This document shows positions 1 to 11,488 of a DNA stretch of 64,000 bases, one piece after another (the first letter of the stretch is position 1; each line of letters begins with the position of its first letter). Source of the stretch: the human T2T-CHM13v2.0 reference genome, Homo sapiens; NCBI RefSeq assembly GCF_009914755.1, contig NC_060933.1; one strand, 5' to 3'. The translations under genes and the position numbers were made by a program. A model generated the notes under the pieces. That model was given only the letters and a program-made list of their open reading frames with translations, made no database searches and was not told the origin of the DNA.

Positions 1-84
1 GGCACTACCTGGAAGTGGACATTTGGAGCGCTTTGAGGCCTATGATGAAAAAGGAAATATCTTCCCATAAAAACTAGACAGAAG

Positions 85-764
85 CATTCTCAGAAACTTG
101 TTTGTGATGTGTGTATTCAACTAACAGAGATGAACCTTTCTTTTTACAGAGCAGTTTTGAAACACTCTTTTTGTGGAATCTGAAAGTGGATATTTGGATA
201 GCTTTGAGGATTTCGATGGAAACGGGATTACATATAAAATCTAGAGAGAAGCATTCTCAGGAACTTCTTTGTGATGTTTGCATTCACGTCACAGAACTGA
301 ACATTCCCTTTCATAGAGCATGTTTGAAACACTCTTTCTGTAGTATCTGCAAACGGACATTTCAAACGCTTTCAGGCCTATGGTGAGAAAGGAAATATCT
401 TCAAATAAAAACTAGACAGCAGCATTCTCAGAAACTTATTTGCGATGTGTGTCCTCAACTAACAGAGTTGAACCTTTCTTTTGATACAACATTTTGGAAA
501 CACTCTTTTTGTAGAATCTGCAAGTGGATATTTGGATAGCTTTGAAGGTTTCGTTGGAAACAGGAATATCTTCATATAAAATCAAGACAGAAGCATTCTC
601 AGAAACTTCTCTGTGATGTTTGCATTCAACTCATAGAGTTGAACACTTCCCTTCATACAGCAGGTTTGAAACACTCTTTTTGTAATATTTGGAAGTGGAC
701 ATTTGCAGCGCTTTGAGGCCTATGATGAAAAAGGTAATATCTTCCCATAAAAACTAGACAGAAG
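85..764 (+). repeat. Example 680-bp tetramer module (m1 167 bp B, m2 A, m3 B, m4 A), subtype C
   Basis: Monomer starts at 85, 252, 423, 594, next at 765. m1 is short (GGGATTACATAT instead of GGGAATATCTTCATAT). The MYSTNR ORFs repeat with 680-bp periodicity. Confidence 0.95.
378..394 (+). promoter_or_regulatory. pJalpha-like A-box (representative; in m2, m4 and T3 monomers at the position equivalent to the CENP-B box)
   Basis: CTATGGTGAGAAAGGAA in m2 and CTATG(A/T)TGAAAAAGGAA in m4/T3 resemble the A-type monomer consensus. Confidence 0.7.
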
Positions 765-890
765 CATTCTCAGAAACTTGTTTGTGATGTGTGTATTCAA
801 CTAACAGAGATGAACCTTTCTTTTTACAGAGCAGTTTTGAAACACTCTTTTTGTGGAATCTGAAAGTGGATATTTGGATAGCTTTGCGGA

Positions 891-907
891 TTTCGTTGGA
901 AACGGGA
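891..907 (+). promoter_or_regulatory. CENP-B box (representative; recurs in m1, m3 and T1 monomers, usually every ~340 bp)
   Basis: TTTCGTTGGAAACGGGA matches NTTCGNNNNANNCGGGN. The T1 version TTTCGTTGGACACGGGA also retains the nine essential positions. Confidence 0.96.
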
Positions 908-1740
908 TTACATATAAAATCTAGGGAGAAGCATTCTCAGGAACTTCTTTGTGATGTTTGCATTCAAGTCACAGAACTGAACATTCCCTTTCATAGAGCA
1001 GGTTTGAAACACTCTTTCTGTAGTATCTGCAAGCGGACGTTTTAAGCGCTTTCAGGCCTGTGGTGAGAAAGGAAATATCTTCAAATAAAAACTAGACAGA
1101 AGCATTCTCAGAAACTTATTTGCGATGTGTGTCCTCAACTAACAGAGTTGAACCTTTCTTTTGATACAACATTTTGGAAACACTCTTTTTGTAGAATCTG
1201 CAAGTGGATATTTGGATAGCTTTGAAGGTTTCGTTGGAAACGGGAATATCTTCATATGAAATCAAGACAGAAGCATTCTCAGAAACTTCTCTGTGATGTT
1301 TGCATTCAACTCATAGAGTTGAACACTTCCCTTCATACAGCAGGTTTGAAACACTCTTTTTCTAATATTTGGAAGTGGACATTTGCAGCGCTTTGAGGCC
1401 TATGTTGAAAAAGGAAATATCTTCTCCTAAAAACCAGACAGAAGCATTCTCAGAAACTTCCTTGTGATGTGTGTACTCAAGTAACAGAGTTGAACCTTCC
1501 TTTTGACAGAGCAGTTTTGAAGCACTCTTTTTGTAGAATCTGCAAGTGGATATTTTGATACCTTTGAGGATTTCGTTGGACACGGGATATCTTCATATAA
1601 AATCTAGACAGAAGCATTCTCAGAAACTTCTTTGTGCTGTATGTCCTCAATTAACAGAGTTGAACCTTTGTGTGGATACAGCATTTTGGAAACATTCCTT
1701 TAGTAGAATCTGCAAGTTGATATTTAGATAGCTAGGAAGA

Positions 1741-1757
1741 TTTCCTTGGAAACGGGA
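1741..1757 (+). other. Degenerate CENP-B box fixed in T2 monomers (representative)
   Basis: TTTCCTTGGAAACGGGA has TTCG changed to TTCC, seen in every T2 copy inspected. Confidence 0.9.
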
Positions 1758-4700
1758 ATATCTTCATGTAAAATCAAGACAGAAGCATTCTCAGAAACTT
1801 CTCTGTGATGTTTGCATTCAACTCACAGAGTTGAACACTTCCTTTCATAGAGCTGGTTTGAAATACTCTTTTTGTAATATTTGGAAGTGGACATTGGCAG
1901 CGCTTTGAAGCCTATGGTGAAAAAGGAGATATCTTCTCCTAAAAACCAGACAGAAGCATTCTCAGAATCTTTCTTGTGATGTGTGTACTCAAGTAACAGA
2001 GTTGAACCTTCATTTTGACAGAGCAGTTTTGAAGCACTCTTTTTGTAGAATCTGCAAGTGGATATTTTGATACCTTTGAGGATTTCGTTAGACACGGGAT
2101 ATCTTCATATAAAATCTAGACAAAAGCATTCTCAGAAACTTCTTTGTGCTGTATGTCCTCAATTAACAGAGTTGAACCTTTGTGTGGATACAGCATTTTG
2201 GAAACATTCCTTTAGTAGAATCTGCAAGTTGATATTTAGATAGCTAGGAAGATTTCCTTGGAAACGGGAATATCTTCATATAAAATCTAGACGGAAGCAT
2301 TCTCAGAAAGTGCTTTGTGATGTTTGCATTCAAGTCACAGAGTTGAATATTCCCTTTTATAGAGCAGGTTTGAAACACTCTTTCTGCACTACCTGGAAGT
2401 GGACATTTGGAGCGCTTTGAGGCCTATGTTGAAAAAGGAAATATCTTCCCATAAAAACTAGACAGAAGCATTCTCAGAAACTTATTTGCGATGTGTGTAT
2501 TCAACTAACAGAGATGAACCTTTCTTTTGATATAACATTTTGGAAACACTCTTTTTGTAGAATCTGCAAGTGGATATTTGGATAGCTTTGAAGGTTTCGT
2601 TGGAAACGGGAATATCTTCATATAAAATCAAGACAGAAGCATTCTCAGAAACTTCTCTGTGATGTTTGCATTCAACTCATAGAGTTGAACACTTCCCTTC
2701 ATACAGCAGGTTTGAAACACTCTTTTTGTAATATTTGGAAGTGGACATTTGCAGCGCTTTGAGGCCTATGTTGAAAAAGGAAATATCTTCTCCTAAAAAC
2801 CAGACAGAAGCATTCTCAGAAACTTCCTTGTGATGTGTGTACTCAAGTAACAGAGTTGAACCTTTCTTTTGACAGAGCCGTTTTGAAACAGTCTTTTTGT
2901 AGAATCTGGAAGTAGATATTTGGATACCTTTGAGGATTTCTTTGGAAACTGGATATCTTCATATAAAATCTAGACAGAAGCATTCTCAGAAACTTCTTTG
3001 TGCTGTATGTCCTCAATTAACAGAGTTGAACCTTTGTGTGGATACAGCATTTTGGAAACACTCCTTTAGTAGAAGCTGCAAGTTGATATTTAGATAGCTA
3101 GGAAGATTTCCTTGGAAACGGGAATACCTTCAAATAAAATCTAGACGGAAGCATTCTCAGAAAGTGCTTTTTGATGTCTTCATTCAAGTCACAGAGTAGG
3201 ACGTTCCCTTTTATAGAGCAGGTTTGAAACACTCAGTGCACTACCTGGAAGTGGACATTTGGAGCGCTTTGAGGCCTATGTTGAAAAAGGAAATATCTTC
3301 CCATATAAACTAGACAGAAGCATTCTCAGAAACTTGTTTGTGATGTGTGTATTCAACTAACAGAGATGAACCTTTCTTTTTACAGAGCAGTTTTGAAACA
3401 CTCTTTTTGTGGAATCTGAAAGTGGATATTTGGATAGCTTTGAGGATTTCGTTGGAAACGGGATTACATATAAAATCTAGGGAGAAGCATTCTCAGGAAC
3501 TTCTTTGTGATGTTTGCATTCAAGTCACAGAACTGAACATTCCCTTTCATAGAGCAGGTTTGAAACACTCTTTCTGTAGTATCTGCAAGCGGACGTTTCA
3601 AGCGCTTTCAGGCCTGTGGTGAAAAAGGAAATATCTTCAAATAAAAACTAGACAGAAGCATTCTCAGAAACTTATTTGCGATGTGTGTTCTCAGCTAACA
3701 GAGTTGAACCTTTGTTTTGATACAGCATTTTGGAAACACTCTTTTTGTAGGATCTGCAGGTGGATATTTGGATAGCTTTGATGGTTTCGTTGGAAACGGG
3801 AATATCCTCATATAAAATCAAGACAGAAGCATTCTCAGAAACTTCTCTGTGATGTTTGCCTTCAACTCATAGAGTTGAACACTTCCTTTCATAGAGCAGG
3901 TTTGAAACACTCTGTGCACTACCTGGAAGTGGACATTTTGAGCGCTTTGAGACCTATGTTGAAAAAGGAATTATCTTCCCATAAAAACTATACAGAAGCA
4001 TTCTCAGGAACTTCTTTGTGATGTTTGCATTCAAGTCACAGAACTGAACATTCCCTTTCATAGAGCAGGTTTGAAACACTCTTTCTGTAGTATCTGCAAG
4101 CTGACGTTTCAAGCGCTTTCAGGCCTATGGTGAGAAAGGAAATATCTTCAAGTAAAAACTAGACAGAAGCATTCTCAGAAACTTATTTGCCATGTGTGTT
4201 CTCAACTAACAGAGTTGAACCTTTGTTTTGATACGGCATTTTGGAAACACTCTTTTTGTAGAATCTGCAGGTGGATATTCGGATAGCTTTGAAGGTTTCG
4301 TTGGAAACGGGAATATCTTCATATAAAATCTAGACGGAAGCATTCTCAGAAACTGCTTTGTGATGTTTTCATTCAAGTCACAGAGTAGAATGTTCCCTGT
4401 TATATACAAGGTTTGAGACACTCTTTCTGCACTACCTGGAAGTGGACATTTGGAGCGCTTTGAGGCCTATGATGAAAAAGGAAATATCTTCCCATAAAAA
4501 CTAGACAGAAGCATTCTCAGAAACTTGTTTGTGATGTGTGTATTCAACTAACAGAGATGAACCTTTCTTTTTACAGAGCAGTTTTGAAACACTCTTTTTG
4601 TGGAATCTGAAAGTGGATATTTGGATAGCTTTGCGGATTTCATTGGAAACGGGATTACATATAAAATCTAGGGAGAAGCATTCTCAGGAACTTCTTTGTG

Positions 4701-5191
4701 ATGTTTGCATTCAAGTCACAGAACTGAACATTCCCTTTCATAGAGGAGGTTTGAAACACTCTTTCTGTAGTATCTGCAAGCGGACGTTTTAAGCGCTTTC
4801 AGGCCTGTGGTGAGAAAGGAAATATCTTCAAATAAAAACTAGACAGAAGCATTCTCAGAAACTTATTTGCGATGTGTGTCCTCAACTAACAGAGTTGAAC
4901 CTTTCTTTTGATACAACATTTTGGAAACACTCTTTTTGTAGAATCTGCAAGTGGATATTTGGATAGCTTTGAAGGTTTCGTTGGAAACGGGAATATCTTC
5001 ATATGAAATCAAGACAGAAGCATTCTCAGAAACTTCTCTGTGATGTTTGCATTCAACTCATAGAGTTGAACACTTCCCTTCATACAGCAGGTTTGAAACA
5101 CTCTTTTTCTAATATTTGGAAGTGGACATTTGCAGCGCTTTGAGGCCTATGTTGAAAAAGGAAATATCTTCTCCTAAAAACCAGACAGAAG

Positions 5192-6383
5192 CATTCTCAG
5201 AAACTTCCTTGTGATGTGTGTACTCAAGTAACAGAGTTGAACCTTCCTTTTGACAGAGCAGTTTTGAAGCACTCTTTTTGTAGAATCTGCAAGTGGATAT
5301 TTTGATACCTTCGAGGATTTCGTTGGACACGGGATATCTTCATATAAAATCTAGACAGAAGCATTCTCAGAAACTTCTTTGTGCTGTATGTCCTCAATTA
5401 ACAGAGTTGAACCTTTGTGTGGATACAGCATTTTGGAAACATTCCTTTAGTAGAATCTGCAAGTTGATATTTAGATAGCTAGGAAGATTTCCTTGGAAAC
5501 GGGAATATCTTCACATAAAATCTAGACGGAAGCATTCTCAGAAACTGCTTTGTGATGTTTTCATTCAAGTCACAGAGTAGAATGTTCCCTGTTATATACC
5601 AGGTTTGAGACACTCTTTCTGCACTACCTGGAAGTGGACGTTTGGAGCGCTTTGAGGCCTATGTTGAAAAAGGAAATATCTTCCCATAAACACTAGACAG
5701 AAGCATTCTCAGAAACTTGTTTGTGATGTGTGTATTCAACTAACAGAGATGAACCTTTCTTTTTACAGAGCAGTTTTGAAACACTCTTTTTGTGGAATCT
5801 GAAAGTGCATATTTGGATAGCTTTGCGGATTTCGTTGGAAACGGGATTACATATAAAATCTAGGGAGAAGCATTCTCAGGAACTTCTTTGTGATGTTTGC
5901 ATTCAAGTCACAGAACTGAACATTCCCTTTCATAGAGCAGGTTTGAAACACTCTTTCTGTAGTATCTGCAAGTGGACGTTTCAAGCGCTTTCAGGCCTGT
6001 GGTGAAAAAGGAAATATCTTCAAATAAAAACTAGACAGAAGCATTCTCAGAAACTTATTTGCGATGTGTGTTCTCAGCTAACAGAGTTGAACCTTTGTTT
6101 TGATACAGCATTTTGGAAACACTCTTTTTGTAGGATCTGCAGGTGGATATTTGGATAGCTTTGAAGGTTTCTTTGGAAACGGGAATATCTTCATATAAAA
6201 TCAACACAGAAGCATTCTCAGAAACTTCTCTGTGATGTTTGCATTCAACTCATAGAGTTGAACACTTCCTTTCATAGAGCTGGTTTGAAATACTCTTTTT
6301 GTAATATTTGGAAGTGGACATTGGCAGCGCTTTGAAGCCTATGGTGAAAAAGGAGATATCTTCTCCTAAAAACCAGACAGAAG
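5192..6383 (+). repeat. 7-mer HOR variant (1192 bp)
   Basis: Marker ORFs at 5293 and 6485. Confidence 0.9.
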
Positions 6384-9300
6384 CATTCTCAGAATCTTTC
6401 TTGTGATGTGTGTACTCAAGTAACAGAGTTGAACCTTCATTTTGACAGAGCAGTTTTGAAGCACTCTTTTTGTAGAATCTGCAAGTGGATATTTTGATAC
6501 CTTTCAGGATTTCGTTAGACACGGGATATCTTCATATAAAATCTAGACAGAAGCATTCTCAGAAACTTCTTTGTGCTGTATGTCCTCAATTAACAGAGTT
6601 GAACCTTTGTGTGGATACAGCATTTTGGAAACATTCCTTTAGTAGAATCTGCAAGTTGATATTTAGATAGCTAGGAAGATTTCCTTGGAAACGGGAATAT
6701 CTTCATATAAAATCTAGACGGAAGCATTCTCAGAAAGTGCTTTGTGATGTTTGCATTCAAGTCACAGAGTTGAATATTCCCTTTTATAGAGCAGGTTTGA
6801 AACACTCTTTCTGCACTACCTGGAAGTGGACATTTGGAGCGCTTTGAGGCCTATGTTGAAAAAAGAAATATCTTCCCATAAAAACTAGACAGAAGCATTC
6901 TCAGAAACTTGTTTGTGATGTGTGTATTCAACTAACAGAGATGAACCTTTCTTTTTACAGAGCAGTTTTGAAACACTCTTTTTGTGGAATCTGAAAGTGG
7001 ATATTTGGATAGCTTTGAGGATTTCGTTGGAAACGGGATTACATATAAAACCTAGAGAGAAGCATTCTCAGGAACTTCTTTGTGATGTTTGCCTTGATGT
7101 CACAGGACTGAACATTCCCTTTCATAGAGCAGGTTTGAAACACTCTTTCTGTAGTATCTGCAAGCTGACGTTTCAAGCGCTTTCAGGCCTATGGTGAGAA
7201 AGGAAATATCTTCAAGTAAAAACTAGACAGAAGCATTCTCAGAAACTTATTTGTCATGTGTGTTCTCAACTAACAGAGATGAACCTTTGTTTTGATACGG
7301 CATTTTGGAAACACTCTTTTTGTAGAATCTGCAGGTGGATATTCGGATAGCTTTGAAGGTTTCGTTGGAAACGGGAATATCTTCATATAAAATCTAGACG
7401 GAAGCATTCTCAGAAACTGCTTTGTGATGTTTTCATTCAAGTCACAGAGTAGAATGTTCCCTGTTATATACCAGGTTTGAGACACTCTTTCTGCACTACC
7501 TGGAAGTGGACGTTTGGAGCGCTTTGAGGCCTATGTTGAAAAAGGAAATATCTACCCATAAACAGTAGACAGAAGCATTCTCAGAAACTTGTTTGTGATG
7601 TGTGTATTCAACTAACAGAGATGAACCTTTCTTTTTACAGAGCAGTTTTGAAACACTCTTTTTGTGGAATCTGAAAGTGGATATTTGGATAGCTTTGAGG
7701 ATTTCGTTGGAAACGGGATTACATATAAAATCTAGGGAGAAGCATTCTCAGGAACTTCTTTGTGATGTTTGCATTCAAGTCACAGAACTGAACATTCCCT
7801 TTCATAGAGCAGGTTTGAAACACTCTTTCTGTAGTATCTGCAAGCGGACGTTTCAAGCGCTTTCAGGCCTGTGGTGAAAAAGGAAATATCTTCAAATAAA
7901 AACTAGACAGAAGCATTCTCAGAAACTTATTTGCGATGTGTGTTCTCAGCTAACAGAGTTGAACCTTTGTTTTGATACAGCATTTTGGAAACACTCTTTT
8001 TGTAGAATCTGCAAGTGGATATTTGGATAGCTTTGAAGGTTTCTTTGGAAACGGGAATATCTTCATATAAAATCAAGACAGAAGCATTCTCAGAAACTTC
8101 TCTGTGATGTTTGCATTCAACTCATAGAGTTGAACACTTCCCTTCATACAGCAGGTTTGAAACACTCTTTTTGTAATATTTGGAAGTGGACATTTGCAGC
8201 GCTTTGAGGCCTATGATGAAAAAGGTAATATCTTCCCATAAAAACTAGACAGAAGCATTCTCAGAAACTTGTTTGTGATGTGTGTATTCAACTAACAGAG
8301 ATGAACCTTTCTTTTTACAGAGCAGTTTTGAAACACTCTTTTTGTGGAATCTGAAAGTGGATATTTGGATAGCTTTGCGGATTTCGTTGGAAACGGGATT
8401 ACATATAAAATCTAGGGAGAAGCATTCTCAGGAACTTCTTTGTGATGTTTGCATTCAAGTCACAGAACTGAATATTCCCTTTCATAGAGCAGGTTTGAAA
8501 CACTCTTTCTGTAGTATCTGCAAGCGGACGTTTTAAGCGCTTTCAGGCCTGTGGTTGAGAAAGGAAATATCTTCAAATAAAAACTAGACAGAAGCATTCT
8601 CAGAAACTTATTTGCGATGTGTGTCCTCAACTAACAGAGTTGAACCTTTCTTTTGATACAACATTTTGGAAACACTCTTTTTGTAGAATCTGCAAGTGGA
8701 TATTTGGATAGCTTTGAAGGTTTCGTTGGAAACGGGAATATCTTCATATGAAATCAAGACAGAAGCATTCTCAGAAACTTCTCTGTGATGTTTGCATTCA
8801 ACTCATAGAGTTGAACACTTCCCTTCATACAGCAGGTTTGAAACACTCTTTTTCTAATATTTGGAAGTGGACATTTGCAGCGCTTTGAGGCCTATGTTGA
8901 AAAAGGAAATATCTTCTCCTAAAAACCAGACAGAAGCATTCTCAGAAACTTCCTTGTGATGTGTGTACTCAAGTAACAGAGTTGAACCTTCCTTTTGACA
9001 GAGCAGTTTTGAAGCACTCTTTTTGTAGAATCTGCAAGTGGATATTTTGATACCTTTGAGGATTTCGTTGGACACGGGATATCTTCATATAAAATCTAGA
9101 CAGAAGCATTCTCAGAAACTTCTTTGTGCTGTATGTCCTCAATTAACAGAGTTGAACCTTTGTGTGGATACAGCATTTTGGAAACATTCCTTTAGTAGAA
9201 TCTGCAAGTTGATATTTAGATAGCTAGGAAGATTTCCTTGGAAACGGGAATAACTTCATATAAAATCTAGACGGAAGCATTCTCAGAAAGTGCTTTGTGA

Positions 9301-11488
9301 TGTTTGCATTCAAGTCACAGAGTTGAATATTCCCTTTTATAGAGCAGGTTTGAAACACTCTTTCTGCACTACCTGGAAGTGCACATTTGGAGCGCTTTGA
9401 GGCCTATGTTGAAAAAGGAAATATCTTCCCATAAAAACTAGACAGAAGCATTCTCAGAAACTTGTTTGTGATGTGTGTATTCAACTAACAGAGATGAACC
9501 TTTCTTTTTACAGAGCAGTTTTGAAACACACTTTTTGTGGAATCTGAAAGTGGATATTTGGATAGCTTTGCGGATTTCGTTGGAAACGGGATTACATATA
9601 AAATCTAGGGAGAAGCATTCTCAGGAACTTCTTTGTGATGTTTGCATTCAAGTCACAGAACTGAACATTCCCTTTCATACAGCAGGTTTGAAACACTCTT
9701 TCTGTAGTATCTGCAGGCTGACGTTTCAAGCGCTTTCAGGCCTATGGTGAGAAAGGAAATATCTTCAAGTAAAAACTAGACAGAAGCATTCTCAGAAACT
9801 TATTTGCGATGTGTGTTCTCAACTAACAGAGTTGAACCTTTGTTTTGATATGGCATTTTGGAAACACTCTTTTTGTAGAATCTGCAGGTGGATATTCGGA
9901 TAGCTCTGAAGGTTTCGTTGGAAACGGGAATATCTTCATATAAAATCTAGACGGAAGCATTCTCAGAAACTGCTTTGTGATGTTTTCATTCAAGTCACAG
10001 AGTAGAATGTTCCCTGTTATATACCAGGTTTGAGACACTCTTTCTGCACTACCTGGAAGTGGACATTTGGAGCGCTTTGAGGCCTATGATGAAAAAGGAA
10101 ATATCTTCCCATAAAAACTAGACAGAAGCATTCTCAGAAACTTGTTTGTGATGTGTGTATTCAACTAACAGAGATGAACCTTTCTTTTTACAGAGCAGTT
10201 TTGAAACACTCTTTTTGTGGAATCTGAAAGTGGATATTTGGATAGCTTTGAGGATTTCGTTGGAAACGGGATTACATATAAAATCTAGAGAGAAGCATTC
10301 TCAGGAACTTCTTTGTGATGCTTGCATTCAAGTCACAGAACTGAACATTCCCTTTCATAGAGCATGTTTGAAACACTCTTTCTGTAGTATCTGCAAACGG
10401 ACATTTCAAACGCTTTCAGGCCTATGGTGAGAAAGGAAATATCTTCAAATAAAAACTAGACAGAAGCATTCTCAGAAACTTATTTGCGATGTGTGTCCTC
10501 AACTAACAGAGTTGAACCTTTCTTTTGATACAACATTTTGGAAACACTCTTTTTGTAGAATCTGCAAGTGGACATTTGGATAGCTTTGAAGGTTTCGTTG
10601 GAAACGGGAATATCTTCATATAAAATCAAGACAGAAGCATTCTCAGAAACTTCTCTGTGATGTTTGCATTCAACTCATAGAGTTGAACACTTCCCTTCAT
10701 ACAGCAGGTTTGAAACACTCTTTTTGTAATATTTGGAAGTGGACATTTGCAGCGCTTTGAGGCCTATGATGAAAAAGGTAATATCTTCCCATAAAAACTA
10801 GACAGAAGCATTCTCAGAAACTTGTTTGTGATGTGTGTATTCAACTAACAGAGATGAACCTTTCTTTTTACAGAGCAGTTTTGAAACACTCTTTTTGTGG
10901 AATCTGAAAGTGGATATTTGGATAGCTTTGCGGATTTCGTTGGAAACGGGATTACATATAAAATCTAGGGAGAAGCATTCTCAGGAACTTCTTTGTGATG
11001 TTTGCATTCAAGTCACAGAACTGAACATTCCCTTTCATAGAGCAGGTTTGAAACACTCTTTCTGTAGTATCTGCAAGCGGACGTTTTAAGCGCTTTCAGG
11101 CCTGTGGTGAGAAAGGAAATATCTTCAAATAAAAACTAGACAGAAGCATTCTCAGAAACTTATTTGCGATGTGTGTCCTCAACTAACAGAGTTGAACCTT
11201 TCTTTTGATACAACATTTTGGAAACACTCTTTTTGTAGAATCTGCAAGTGGATATTTGGATAGCTTTGAAGGTTTCGTTGGAAACGGGAATATCTTCATA
11301 TGAAATCAAGACAGAAGCATTCTCAGAAACTTCTCTGTGATGTTTGCATTCAACTCATAGAGTTGAACACTTCCCTTCATACAGCAGGTTTGAAACACTC
11401 TTTTTGTAATATTTAGAAGTGGACATTTGCAGCACTTTGAGGCCTATGTTGAAAAAGGAAATATCTTCTCCTAAAAACCAGACAGAAG

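Noticed and set aside
87-95. TTCTCAGAA mini-palindrome matching the STAT-type TTCN3GAA motif in most monomers
   Set aside because: It is a generic part of the alphoid consensus, too short for a stable hairpin, and the sequence gives no evidence of function.
8551-8560. 1-bp insertion GTGGTTGAGA (a similar one at ~58511)
   Set aside because: These are singleton indels in short T runs and cannot be distinguished from sequencing or consensus error without reads.
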